Shown: positions 12,731 through 26,330 of the stretch, one piece after another
Position numbering within the stretch: position 1 is the first letter of the stretch
Layout of the letters: the number at the start of each line of letters is the position of its first letter
From: Flectonema sp. DT1601
Lineage: Eukaryota
DNA length: 64,000 nt
Reading direction: 5' to 3'
Assembly (NCBI GenBank): GCA_964019425.1
Contig: OZ025797.1
Span: 992,001-1,056,000, forward strand
Position numbers and translations under genes: made by a program
The notes under the pieces: model-generated
What the model saw: the letters and a program-made list of their open reading frames with translations, nothing else
What the model was told of the DNA's origin: nothing
The model's database searches: none

Positions 12731-15644
12731 GAACTACTTTAGTTAGAATTGAAGACTACTTAACAAGACTCGTAATTAACCAATCCAAGACACACACTAG
12801 TTCTCATTAAATAGAACTCAAGTCACGTCCTCAACTATTGTGAAATACCTGTTGACAGAAGCAGATGATTTGATAATAATCTTAAAAAAGAAACCCTTCG
12901 AAGAAATAAAAACAAGATAAGACACAACAAGTGTGTGTTTGGAGATAGAAAATTAGGGATAAAATAAACGACTTAATGAGAGGTCCAGACTGCTTGATTA
13001 AAAGCTAGAAAGGATTTCCTTTTTTTACATCTAAAAAAAGATCTACTCATATGTTCGTAAAGGTTTTGGTCACGATCGTGGGATTTTCGTCGTCCTTTCT
13101 AGATCCTGAAAGAAAAGGAAATCCTGCCGTCCTTAAAACAAATAAAAATGAGCATGCACTGGCTGTTGTGGCGACAAACACTTTGCTGCTGTTTCCTTGT
13201 CTTGTGCACGAGAATCTCGAAAAAAAAGCACTGGCGTCAGCTGATACTTTTGCTCATTGTAGACATTGCAGATTGGACAAAAAAGGATTGCTTTTTCCTT
13301 TTCTTTTTTTTCAGGAGGAGGGACGATCACTCAATTCGCATTCTTCAATTCTTAATGATCGTGACCAAAGTTTTCTGTGAAAATGGGGGAAAAAAGGGAG
13401 TGGAAAAGATGCTCAGTGAAGTGTAAGAATATAAGTGAAAGGGAAAGAAATAGCACTTCGGCTAAAGCAACAGAAGACACTTTATCAGAAGAGAGATGGA
13501 AAAAAAACGAATTCAAAGTACAACGAGCTCTAAGACAAAATTAGATCAATTCAGGTGAGCCTTATTTTGTTTAATCGCAGGCAACGCGAAAAACGTGGGA
13601 AAGGTTCAGTAAATTTCATATGTATACAAAGAAACAAAGTAATAAAGCAAATAAAAAAGAGTTGCACAGCAGAAAGTACTTACTTCTTAGCTAGTTAGCT
13701 TTTAGTATTGTTTGATTTCTACTGTGTTCCGAAGAATTCATTTAAATATATTAATCAGTGACCTTCAGTAACAACGTCGGCGAATAATTCACCTTATAAG
13801 CAGCAGCTGATTCAGAAGGTTAGTGAGTCTAAGGACTTACCCCCAATAGTTTTACAGAAAATGTATCCCCAGTGGGGACGTGTTATCACTACAATCTTCG
13901 TCGAATGCAGACAGAATCCTGCCGCATGGAGGGGAGCAAGTCACTAAGACGCACTAACTTAATCTGAATCGTGTCCTCCAACTACGTCGACACAAAAGAA
14001 TCGGCAAGGGGAAGAGGACGAAAACTTTCACCAGAGTGTGATTTCAGATGTTCGTTCAACAAAAGCGAACCAACTCTCAGGATGATGAAAACAAAAAGAA
14101 AATTCGAATGTTTCTTTTATTCAAAAAAAGGTTGCAGTTTATCACTTATATGACAAGAGGGCATAACTCAACAACAACATAAAAGACTTCACTTAGCGAA
14201 GTGTATCAGCCGAAAACAAATAACCATCAGAAACAGATATTGTTAGTTAGTAACTCACAGCAACAGAGGACCCAATCCGTAACCGTTTCCGAAGACTCAG
14301 TATGGATTGTTGAATTAGCTTCAACTGAAGAGATGTAATCTAATTTATAGAAAAATTAAAAACCAACAAACTTCAGCTTTCCACCTTGCTCAACTTAACT
14401 AACCAACCATTGAACTATAAAATAAAGAATAAATTGAACGAAATCGAAAAATAGAAATATTAAAATAAAAGACAATTGATAAAAATAAAATAAAAAAAAA
14501 GTAAACAAGTGAATAACAATATTCGAACACACGTAGAGCGTTGATGAGTAGCGCCACCTGAGTGGTAACAGCTCGCTTTCAAATTCAAACCATGCATACT
14601 CGATCCGTGTATAATTAGAAGAGATAGTCAATGAATGAATCCAAATGTTTATTATTATCAGATTTCAGGAACCAACACAATTCTATATTCCATGTTCAAT
14701 ATAACCGTGAGCCTAATGTGGTTTAGGTGTCCTGGCTTTCTACACCATTTTACACAAAAAAAAGATTTTTGTGCACGAAACCGTGAACCGACTTAAACTG
14801 ATAAAGCTTAAGGAGGTTTACGTGTGCTGCCAACATTCCTTTTCGTTCTTACAATACTTGTTAAATGCAAAAAAAAGACTTTTAAAAAAAAAAAATACTT
14901 AGGGAAAGTTTAGAAAATCTAATCCCAAAACAACATAACAGGGATTGCTATTATTTCTGTTGTTTGTTGGGGTTGACAGGCAGCTAGAGGCACTAACGAT
15001 AATGGAATAAAACAGGAGAATACAATGACACACGCTATCTACTTTGAATCGGGTGAGATGTTAATTATTTTTTGTTTGTAACTTATGACCCAGTAAAAAA
15101 CGTAAAAGCCAGTTAAAAAGGATTTCGTATGCTGCTGCTGCTAACATTGTGGATGCTAAAGTAGGACAAAGTTACATAAACTTAGACCTCACTCATTAGG
15201 ATAATCGCGACATCTAACAGATGATAGGGGGAGTATGCTAAAGTTGGACAAAGTTTGGCAATGTAAAAACAGTAACAACTTTAGCTACCAAACAAAAATT
15301 AATATTAAAGTACATGACAGAAGAATATTCGTAGTTGTCAATCAAAGAAAAGGCATGTTAGAAGAAAGAAAAACGAAAAAGGGAGTAAATTGATACTGTA
15401 TTAGCAAGCTCAAGGGGGTAATTTGATTACATGCATTCTTAAGCAAGGTGGAGGAATATTAAGTTAAGGGAATGAAGCAAAGAGAATACAACTTCGATAT
15501 TATCAACAACCGATATTCAAATGCGTTCACAAATTAAAAGACTTGACTACATTCAACCCAAAGAGAATGAATTCAATCTTAATCACAGGTACCGACGATG
15601 TATCTCCCATGAGGTGTTTAAGAATGTTCAAGGATTGATTGCCC

Positions 15645-16175
15645 TCAGACTCTATTCGGAGCTGTCGGATCATATTTCTGAATAGACGTTGACTTAACGT
15701 CATAAGGTGTTGTACTTCCGTAAGTTTTCACATGAGGACCTTCAGAGATGATTGAAATCTTGGGTTTCAACCTGGATCGACCTAAGGATATTATCCCGCA
15801 AAGGAACAGAGACAGAATCCCAATAAATAAGAATGGCAATCCCAATGACTCGCCTGTGAGTTCACTTGTTGAAGCAGTGCTGTCTTCTCCCCTTACCGAG
15901 CATCCGATATTTTTTATATGACAACAGTGTGCTTGTTGTGCTTCAGACCATTGTTCTTGATCTTTATCATCGCAGTTGTAGTTGCAGCCGATGTTTTGTT
16001 TTGAACAACACCAATTCTGATGTTCTGTTGTCCACTTTGAAATATCTGGAGAACTGCAATCGTAAGAATCCGATTGGGTAGACTGCACAGTCATAGTTTC
16101 GAAGAATTCGCTGTGAAGAAAATAAAACATTGTCATCAGTGTAGTGTAGACTGTTGTCGATAATTCTTCTTTCAT
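15645..16175 (-). CDS. Cys-rich repeat membrane protein, copy 2
   Basis: Near-identical paralog of copy 1. Confidence 0.75.
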   Translation of the reverse strand: MKEELSTTVYTTLMTMFYFLHSEFFETMTVQSTQSDSYDCSSPDISKWTTEHQNWCCSKQNIGCNYNCDDKDQEQWSEAQQAHCCHIKNIGCSVRGEDSTASTSELTGESLGLPFLFIGILSLFLCGIISLGRSRLKPKISIISEGPHVKTYGSTTPYDVKSTSIQKYDPTAPNRV

Positions 16176-18802
16176 GAACTACTTTAGTTAGAATTGAAGA
16201 CTACTTAACAAGACTCGTAATTAACCAATCCAAGACACACACTAGTTCTCATTAAATAGAACTCAAGTCACGTCCTCAACTATTGTGAAATACCTGTTGA
16301 CAGAAGCAGATGATTTGATAATAATCTTTAAAAAGAAACCCTTCGAAGAAATAAAAACAAGATACGACACAACAAGTGTGTATTTGAGATAGAAAATTAG
16401 GGATAAAATAAACGACTTAATGAGAGAGGTCCAGACTGCTTCAAAAGCTAGAAGGGATTTCCTTTTTTTACATCTAAAAAAAGATCTACTCACATGTTCG
16501 TAAAGGTTTTGGTCACGATCCTGAGAATCTCGAAAAAAAAGTACTGGCGCATCAGCTGAAAATAATAGTACTGGTGTCAACTTTTGCTCATTTTAGACAT
16601 TGCAGATTGGACAAAAAAGGATTGCCTTTATAACCCAAGTTCACTTTTTTCAATTCTTAATGATCGTGACCAAAGTTTTCTGTGAAAATGGGGGAAAAAA
16701 AAAGGAGTGGAAAAGAAGCTCAGTGAAGTGTAAGAATATAAGTGAAAGGGAAATAAATAGCACTTCGGCTAAAGCAACAGAAGACACTTTATCAGAAGAG
16801 AGATGGAAAAAAAACGAATTCAAAGTACAACGAATTCTACGACACAATTTGATTATCAATTCAGGTGAGCCCTACTTTATTAGGCTCAACAAATTTCATA
16901 TTTTAACAAAGAAACAAAATTATAAAGCAAATAAAATAGAGATGCACAGCAAAAGATGCACAGCAGAAAGTAATTACTTCTCAGCAAGCTAGCATTTAGT
17001 ATTGCTTGATTTCTACTGTGTTCAGAAGAATACATTTAAATATATCACTCAGTGACCTTCAGTAACAACGTCGGCGAATAATTCACCTTATTAGAAGCAG
17101 CTGATTCAGAAGGTTAGTGAGTCTAAGGACTTACCCCCAATAGTTTTACAGACGTGTTATCACTACAATCTTCGTCGAATGCAGACAGAACCCTGTCACA
17201 TGGGGGGGCAAGTCACTAAGATACACTAACTCAATCTGAACAGTGTCCTCCAACTACGTCGACACAAAAGAATCGGCAAGGGGAAGAGGACGAAAACTTT
17301 CACCAGAGTGTGATTTCAGATGTTCGTTCAACAAAAGCGAACCAACTCTCAGGATGATGAAAACAAAAAGAAAATTCGAATGTTTCTTTTATTCAAAAAA
17401 AGGTTGCAGTTTATCACTTATATGACACGAGTGCATAACTCAACAACAACATAAAAGACTTCACTTAGCGAAGTGTATCAGCCGAAAACAAATAACCATC
17501 AGAAACAGATATTGTTAGTTAGTAACTCACAGCAACAGAGGACCCAATCCGTAACCGTTTCCGAAGACTCAGTATGGATTGTTGAATTAGCTTCAACTGA
17601 AGAGATGTAATTTAATTTATAGAAAAATTAAAAACCAACAAACTTCAGCTTTCCACCTTGCTCAACTTAAATAACCAACCATTGAACTATAAAATAAAGA
17701 ATAAATTGAACGAAATCGAAAAATAGAAACATTAAAATAAAATAAAAAACAATTGAAACAAAAACAAAAAAAAAACAAGTGAATAACAATATACGAACAC
17801 ACGTAGAGCGTTGATGAGTAACGCCGCCTGAGTGGTAACAGCTCGCTTTCAAATTCAAACCATGCATACTCGATCCGTGTATAAGTAGAAGAGATAGTCA
17901 ATGAATGAATCCAAATGCTTATTATTATCAGATTTCAGGAACCAACACAATTCTCTATTCCATGTTCAATATAACCGTGAGCCTAATGTGGTTTAGGTGT
18001 CCTGGCTTTCTACACCATTTTACACAACAATTAAAAAAAAAAAAAAAATACTTAGGGTAAGTTTAGAAAATCTAATCCCAAAACAACATAACAGGGATTG
18101 CTATTATTTCTGTTGTTTGTTGGGGTTGACAGGCCGCTAGAGGCACTAACGATAATGGAATAAAACAGGAGAATACAATGACACACGCTATCTACTTTGA
18201 ATTGGGTGAGATGTTGATTTTTTTTTGTTTGTAGCTTATGACCCAGTAAAAAACGTAAAAGCCAGTTAAAAAGGATTTCGTATGCTGCTGCTAACATTAT
18301 TTTTCTCACTTAAAAGATCGTGGATGCTAAAGTAGGACAAAGTTACATAAACTTAGACCTCACTCATTGGAATAATCGCGCTAACAGATGATGGGAGGGA
18401 GTGGGGAACTTTGGCAATGTAAAAACAGTAACAACTTTAGCTACCAATCAAAAATTAATATTAAAGTACATGACAGAAGAATATTCGTATATTTGTCGAT
18501 CAAAGAAAAGGTACGTTACAAGAAAGAAAAACGAAAAAGGGAGTAAATTGATACTGTATTAGCAAGCTCAAGGGGGTAATATGATTACATGCATTCTTAA
18601 GCAAGGTGGAGGAATATTAAGTTAAGGGAATGAAGCAAAGAGAATACAACTTCGATATTATCAACAACCGATATTCAAATGCGTTCACAAATTAAAAGAC
18701 TTGACTACATTCAACCCAAAGAGAATGAATTCAATCTTAATCACAGGTACCGACGATGTATCTCCCATGAGGTGTTTAAGAATGTTCAAGGATTGATTGC
18801 CC

Positions 18803-19312
18803 TCAGACTCTATTCGGAGCTGTCGGATCATATTTCTGAATAGACGTTGACTTAACGTCATAAGGTGTTGTACTTCCGTAAGTTTTCACATGAGGACCTT
18901 CAGAGATGATTGAAATCTTGGGTTTCGACCTGGATCGACCTAAGGATATTATCCCGCAAATTAACAGAGACAGAATCCCAATAAATAAAAACGGCAATCC
19001 CAATGACACGCCTGTGAGTTCACTTGTTGGAGCCGAGCATCCGATATTTTTTATATGACAACAGTGTGCTTGTTGTGCTTCAGACCATTGTTCTTGATCT
19101 TTATCATCGCAGTTGTAGTTGCAGCCGATGTTTTGTTTTGAACAACACCAATTCTGATGTTCTGTTGTCCACTTTGAAATATCTGGAGAACTGCAATCGT
19201 AAGAATCCGATTGGGTAGACTGCACAGTCATAGTTTCGAAGAATTCGCTGTGAAGAAAATAAAACATTGTCATCAGTGTAGTGTAGACTGTTGTCGATAA
19301 TTCTTCTTTCAT
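18803..19312 (-). CDS. Cys-rich repeat membrane protein, copy 3 (short stalk)
   Basis: Paralog with a stalk 7 aa shorter, in frame. Confidence 0.75.
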   Translation of the reverse strand: MKEELSTTVYTTLMTMFYFLHSEFFETMTVQSTQSDSYDCSSPDISKWTTEHQNWCCSKQNIGCNYNCDDKDQEQWSEAQQAHCCHIKNIGCSAPTSELTGVSLGLPFLFIGILSLLICGIISLGRSRSKPKISIISEGPHVKTYGSTTPYDVKSTSIQKYDPTAPNRV

Positions 19313-20441
19313 GAACTACTTTAGTTAGAATTGAAGACTACTTAACAAGACTCGTAATTAACCAATCCAAGACACACACGAGTTCTCATTAAATAGAACT
19401 CAAGTCACGTCCTCAACTATTGTGAAATACCTGTTGACAGAAGCAGATGATTTGATAATAATCTTAAAAAAGAAACCCTTCGAAGAAATAAAAACAAGAT
19501 AAGACACAACAAGTGTGTGTTTGGAGATAGAAAATTGAGGATAAAATAAACGACTTAATGAGAGAGGTCCAGACTGCTTCAAAAGCTAGAAGGGATTTCC
19601 TTTTTTTTACATCTAAAAAAAGATCTACTCACATGTTCGTAAAGGTTTTGGTCACGATCCTGAGAATCTCGAAAAAAAAGCACTGGCGCGTCAGAAGAAA
19701 AAAAAGTACCGGTGTCAACTTTTGCTCATTTTAGACATTGCAGATTGGACAAAAAAGGATTGCCTTTATAACCCAAGTTCACTTTTTTCAATTCTTAATG
19801 ATCGTGACCAAAGTTTTCTGTGAAAAATGAAAAAGAAAGAAAAAAAAAGGGAGTGGAAAAGAAGCTCAGTGAGGTGTAAGAATATAAGTGAAAGGGAAAA
19901 AAATAGCACTTCGGCCAAAGCAATAGAAGACACTTTATCAGGAGAGAGATGGAAAAAAAATGAATTCAAAGTACAACGAGCTCTACGACAAAATTAGATT
20001 ATCAATTCAGGTGAGCCCAATCAGGAGAGAGATGGAAAAAAACGAATTCAAAGTATAACGAGCACTACGACAAAATTAGATTATCAATTCAGGTGAGCCT
20101 GATCGCAGGCAACGCGAAAAACGTGGGAAAGACTCAGCAAATTGCATATGTTTTCAAAGAAACATAGTAATAAAGCAAATAAAAAAGAGATGCACAGCAG
20201 AAAGTAATTACTTCTTAGAAAGCTAGCTTTTAGTATTGCTTGATTTCTACTGTGTTCAGAAGAATACATTTAAATATATTAATCAGTGACCTTCAGTAAC
20301 AACGTCGGCGAATAATTCACCTTATTAGAAGCAGCTGATTCAGAAGGTTAGTGAGTCTAAGGACTTACCCCCAATAGTTTTACAGACGTGTTATCACTGC
20401 AATCTTCGTCGAATGCAGACAGAACCTTGCCGCATGGGGGG

Positions 20442-20639
20442 TTAACTGTTTGATTTTGTACGTAAAATACAAATGTTTTGTATCATAAAAAACAGAACGA
20501 TAATTTAACATTAGTTCTGAGATACAGTGACTAGGTGTGATGCTTAACTTAGCCTTTTAAAGTAACTATTAGGTTTCGAGAGTAATCCATATACCTCTTA
20601 CCTCTATTCTCTCATCATCAGTTATGGTGTAGAAGTAAG
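20442..20639 (-). mobile_element. 5'-truncated copy of the 24717-26330 retroelement
   Basis: Matches the left ~190 bp of the 1.6-kb element. Inserted in a G-run with TSD tgggggg (20435-41 / 20640-46); empty site in other units. Confidence 0.8.
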
Positions 20640-21171
20640 TGGGGGGGGCAAGTCACTAAGATACACTAACTCAATCTGAACAGTGTCCTCCAACGACGTC
20701 GACACAAAAGAATCGGCAAGGGGAAGAGGACGAAAACTTTCACCAGAGTGTGATTTCAGATGTTCGTTCAACAAAAGCGAACCAACTCTCAGGATGATGA
20801 AAACAAAAAGAAAATTCGAATGTTTCTTTTATTCAAAAAAAAGGTTGCAGTTTATCACTTATATGACACGAGTGCATAACTCAACAACAACATAAAAGAC
20901 TTCACTTAGCGAAGTGTATCAGCCGAAAACAAATAACCATCAGAAACAGATATTGTTAGTTAGTAACTCACAGCAACAGAGGACCCAATCCGTAACCGTT
21001 TCCGAAGACTCAGTATGGATTGTTGAATTAGCTTCAACTGAAGAGATGTAATCTAATTTATAGAAAAATTAAAAACCAACAAACTTCAACTTTCCACCTT
21101 GCTCAACTTCAAAATAAAGAATAAGTTGAACGAAATCGAAAAATAGAAATATGAAAATATTAACTATTAAT

Positions 21172-21524
21172 TTAATGAAAATCAGATAGCCTGATTTTTA
21201 CTCGTGGGTTTTACCGAGTGAGGTAAAAACCCACTCACAAGTGAAAATCTGTATCTGATTTAGCATCCAAAACCGTCGTTTTATATTACAATAAGAGGCT
21301 TCGAAAGGAAAATTTACACCCCGGCGGTCTATGGGCCCACCTCAGAAGTCAAAAATGAGTCTCCAAAAAAAAGAAATGCCTGAGCGTGACATAATTTCAC
21401 GCCCGCAACGGCCGTAACCAAAATGCGTGCAATTAAATGCGGTAAAAAAACTTCACACTCAGCCAGGAGTGAAATACTGAACGTTCCGATTTTCATTGCG
21501 AGTGTAAATTTTCCCTAAGAAGAC
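21172..21524. mobile_element. ~350-bp hairpin-rich insertion (also 27447-27797; partial at ~24379-24451 and ~31253-31359)
   Basis: Absent from most units. Long hairpin at 21178-21261 and a perfect 13-bp inverted repeat at 21307-19 / 21502-14. Confidence 0.6.
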
Positions 21525-22654
21525 TGATAGAGCAAAAGAAAAAAAAAAAAAAACAATTTATAAAAATAAAACAAAACAACAAAAAAAAAAAAAAAAAAAG
21601 AAAACAAATGAATAACAATATACGAACACACGTAGAGCGTTGATGAGTAGCGCCACCTGAGTGGTAACAGCTCGCTTTCAAATTCAAATCATGCATACTC
21701 GATCCGTGTATAATTAGAAGAGATAGTCAATGAATGAATCCAAATGTTTATTATTATCAGATTTCAGGAACCAACGCAATTCTCTATTCCATGTTCAATA
21801 TAACCGTGAGCCTAATGTGGTTTAGGTGTCCTGGCTTTCTACACCATTTTACACAACAATTAAAAAAATAAAATAAAAATACTTCGGGAAAGTTTAGAAA
21901 ATCTAATCCCAAAACAACATAACAGGGATTGCTATTATTTCTGTTGTTTGTTGGGGTTGACAGGCCGCTAGAGGCACTAACGATAATGGAATAAAACAGG
22001 AGAATACAATGACACACGCTATCTACTTTGAATTGGGTGAGATGTTAATTTTTTTCTGTTTGTAACCTATGACCCAGTAAAAAACGTAAAAGCCAGTTAA
22101 AAAGGATTTCGTATGCTGCTGCTAACATTGTGGAAGCTAAAGTAGGACAAAGTTATATAAACTTAGACCTCACTCATTAGGATAATCGCGACATCTAACA
22201 GATGATAGGGGGAGTATGCTAAAGTTGGACAAAGTTTGGCAATGTAAAAACAGTAACAACTTTAGCTCCAAAAATACCAAAAATAAAATTAATATTAACA
22301 GTCAAGTACTCGACAGAAAAATATTCGTAGTTGTTAATCAAAGAAAAGGTACGTTAGAAGAAAGATAAAAGAAAAAGGGAGTAAATTGATACTGTATTAG
22401 CAAGCTCAAGGTGGTGAAACTTGGACAATGCAAAAACAGTAACAACTTTAGGTATTAAAAACAAAATTAATATCAAGTACTTGACTGAAAAATATTTGTT
22501 GACGTTAATCAAAGAAAATTACGTTTCGAAGAAAAAGAAAACATAAAAGGGAAAATTATTAAGCTCAAGGAGGTATAATAAGTTAAGGGAATGAAGCAAA
22601 GAGAATACAACTTAGATATAATCAACAATCGATATTCAAATGCATTCGCACAAA

Positions 22655-23191
22655 TTAAAAGACTTGACTACTCGGAGTCGTCGGATCATATTTCTGAATA
22701 GACGTTGACTTAACGTCATAAGGTGTTGTACTTCCGTAAGTTTTCACATGAGGACCTTCAGAGATGATTGAAATCTTGGGTTTCGACCTGGATCGACCTA
22801 AGGATATTATCCCGCAAAGGAACAGAGACAGAATCCCAATAAATAAGAATGGCAATCCCAATGACTCGCCTGTGAGTTCACTTGTTGAAGCAGTGCTGTC
22901 TTCTCCCCTTACCGAGCATCCGATATTTTTTATATGACAACAGTGTGCTTGTTGTGCTTCAGACCATTGTTCTTGATCTTTATCATCGCAGTTGTAGTTG
23001 CAGCCGATGTTTTGTTTTGAACAACACCAATTCTGATGTTCTGTTGTCCACTTTGAAATATCTGGAGAACTGCAATCGTAAGAATCCGATTGGGTAGACT
23101 GCACAGTCATAGTTTCGAAGAATTCGCTGTGAAGAAAATAAAACATTGTCATCAGTGTGGTGTAGACTGTTGTCGATAATTCTTCTTTCAT
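22655..23191 (-). CDS. Cys-rich repeat membrane protein, copy 4 (PSSQVF C-terminus)
   Basis: Paralog with an alternative C-terminus caused by a ~100-bp indel across the stop. Confidence 0.75.
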   Translation of the reverse strand: MKEELSTTVYTTLMTMFYFLHSEFFETMTVQSTQSDSYDCSSPDISKWTTEHQNWCCSKQNIGCNYNCDDKDQEQWSEAQQAHCCHIKNIGCSVRGEDSTASTSELTGESLGLPFLFIGILSLFLCGIISLGRSRSKPKISIISEGPHVKTYGSTTPYDVKSTSIQKYDPTTPSSQVF

Positions 23192-24716
23192 GAACTACTT
23201 TAGTTAGAATTGAAGACTACTTAACAAGACTCGTAATTAACCAATCCAAGACACACACGAGTTCTCATTAAATAGAACTCAAGTCACGTCCTCAACTATT
23301 GTGAAATACCTGTTGACAGAAGCAGATGATTTGATAATAATCTTAAAAAAGAAACCCTTCGAAGAAATAAAAACAAGATAAGACACAACAAGTGTGTGTT
23401 TGGAGATAGAAAATTAGGGATAAAAGAAACGACTTAATGAGAGAGGTCCAGACTGCTACAAAAGCTAGAAGGGATTTCCTTTTTTTTACATCTAAAAAAA
23501 GATCTACTCACATGTTCGTAAAGGTTTTGGTCACGATCCTGAGAATCTCGAAAAAAAAGCACTGGCGCGTCAGAAGAAAAAAAAGTACTGGTGTCAACTT
23601 TTGCTCATTTTAGACATTGCAGATTGGACAAAAAAGGATTGCCTTTATAACCCAAGTTCACTTTTTTCAATTCTTAATGATCGTGACCAAAGTTTTCTGT
23701 GGAAATGGGGGAAAAAAAAAGGAGTGGAAAAGAAGCTCAGTGAAGTGTAAGAATATAAGTGAAAGGGAAATAAATAGCACTTCGGCTAAAGCAATCGAGA
23801 GAGTTGGAAAAAAAATGAATTCAAAGTACAACGAGCTCTACGACAAAATTAGATTATCAATTCAGGTGAGCCCAATCAGGAGAGAGATGGAAAAAAACGA
23901 ATTCAAAGTATAACGAGCACTACGACAAAATTAGATTATCAATTCAGGTGAGCCTGATCGCAGGCAACGCGAAAAACGTGGGAAAGACTCAGCAAATTGC
24001 ATATGTTTTCAAAGAAACATAGTAATAAAGCAAATAAAAAAGAGATGCACAGCAGAAAGTAATTACTTCTTAGAAAGCTAGCTTTTAGTATTGTTTGATT
24101 TCTACTGTGTTCAGAAGAATACATTTAAATATATTAATCAGTGACCTTCAGTAACAACGTCGGCGAATAATTCACCTTATTAGAAGCAGCTGATTCAGAA
24201 GGTTAGTGAGTCTAAGGACTTACCCCCAATAGTTTTACAGACGTGTTATCACTACAATCTTCGTCGAATGCAGACAGAACCCTGTCACATGGGGGGGCAA
24301 GTCACTAAGATACACCAACTCAATCTGAACAGTGTCCTCCAACTACGTCCGGGAAATATTAAAATATTAACTATTAATTTAATGAAATTCAGATAGCCTG
24401 ATTTTTACGTGTGGGTGGGTTTTACCGAGTCAGTCTGAGGTAAAAACCCACTGTTGGGGTTGACAGGCAGCTAGAGGCACTAACGATAATGGAATAAAAC
24501 AGGAGAATACAATGACACACGCTATCTACTTTGAATTGGGTGAGATGTTAATTATTTTTTGTTTGTAACTTATGACCCAGTAAAAAACGTAAAAGCCAGT
24601 TAAAAAGGATTTCGTATGCTGCTGCTAACATTGTGGATGCTAAAGTAGGACAAAGTTACATAAACTTAGACCTCACTCATTAGGATAATCGCGACATCTA
24701 ACAGATGATAGGGGGA

Positions 24717-26330
24717 TTGAATGTTTGAATTTGTAAAATACAACTGTTTTGTATCGCGTAACATAGCGATGGTTTAACATCTGTTAAGGATACAGTGACT
24801 ATGGTGATGCTTAACTTAGCCTTTTAAAGTAACTATTAGGTTTCGAGAGTAATCCATATACCTCTTACCTCTATTCTCTCATCATCAGTATGGTGTAGAA
24901 GTAAGTCAATCAATTATTTAGACTGAAGCACTCCAGTTTGCAGGACTGGAGTGTAGTTACTTTTGTTTCTTTTATTAAAATATAAAAAAACTTTATATCA
25001 TTATTACTAGTTCGTAGCGCACTACTAGTGGAGCACTCTTCTACAATAAATGTAGAAAGTGTGATAACTAATTGTCAAAGTCTGATACATCTTCGAAGTC
25101 GTGAAGCTCTGGTGTTGACGAGCGTTGCGGGCTGTTCGTCTTGTCCGTCTCGCTTTTTTGTTCCAGCGTGGCTTCATCGTCCTGCTTGTTTCTCTTTTTC
25201 TGATTACATTTTCTGAGAAGTGGCCTTAAAGGACTTTGTGAGTTCAGCCTCTTAATAATCTTCGACTTCTGTTTACTTTTGATCGTTGTAGTCATCCATT
25301 CCTTGACTTCTTCTAAAGTTATCTTTTGTAATGTTTTCGTTTCAATTTTATCTTCTTCCTTGTTTCGCTTGCCTTTGTTCAGATATTTATTGAATTGAAT
25401 TATTTGTATCGGACTTTGAGAATTTAATCTTTTGTTTTTAACTTTCGTCGGCGTTTCCTCTACAGACGGATTTTTGACATGAACCGTTTGTGTTATTAAC
25501 TTGCCGCTTTTCTTGATAGATCGCATATTGGTTGTCTCTCTGTCCTTGATTACCGAGATAACTTTATTATTCTCATTAATCTTTTCATTTGTAACTTCAT
25601 ATCTCGTCTTATCATCTTCATCTATATAAGTCGGATAGTCCTTTGAAGCTTTGAACAATGAACATTTGGTTAAATGATGAATAATCGATTTTTTAGTCTT
25701 CCCACAGTATCGACATATTCTCTTGATATTATCTGTGTCTACATATGTCGGTTCTATAGATCTTTGTGGCGGTGTGATAGGTGGCGTAATGCATGAGTTC
25801 TTGTTCTTCTTTGATGTCTCATCCGTATTGCCATTATCAGATGTGTTGGCGCAAGTATCATTTTTCGTAGTGGTTTTAATCGCATTGATTATTTGATCTG
25901 TCGTGCAAGTTATTGTTGTCGGATTTCTGTGTTTTAGAAGTGTCAGTGATCTTGATCAACTTTTTATCATTCTTGCCTTTTTTAACTTTCTTACGAGAGA
26001 TCTTCTTGATTTTCTTGCTGCGTTTCGTATTGCCGAGATCCGTGGGTCTTGTCCGCTCATCCAGTATCGTTATTGTATTGGCTCTTGTTACCGTGTGAAT
26101 AGCTTCCTCTTTGTTCATACGTGTAATTGTTACAGGTGTGGTAGCATTAGTTGCAACTATTACAGGTGTTGTTGTTCTAGGTGGAGTGAGATAGTATGTT
26201 GTAACTATCTTATTATCCTGTCTTTCCATCGAGAGATTACGAATCAACTCTCGATTATGACCGTTCCAACATGTTTTAGGCTCTTGGGCTACTTTCTTTA
26301 AAGTAGGAGTCCTGATGTTGTATTTTACAG
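24717..26330 (-). mobile_element. 1614-bp non-autonomous non-LTR-type retroelement with Zn-finger ORF
   Basis: Exact 10-bp TSD gataggggga (24707-16 / 26331-40), with empty sites in other units. 13-bp complementary subterminal sequences. A copy truncated on one side lies at 20442. Confidence 0.85.
25068..26247 (-). pseudogene. Frameshifted element-encoded Lys/Thr-rich protein with CCHC-type zinc finger
   Basis: ORF 25876-26247 overlaps a +1 open frame 25068-25955 that contains CRYCGKTKKSIIHHLTKC (25662-25715) and a repeated KRLNSQSP. No RT or endonuclease motifs seen. Confidence 0.6.
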
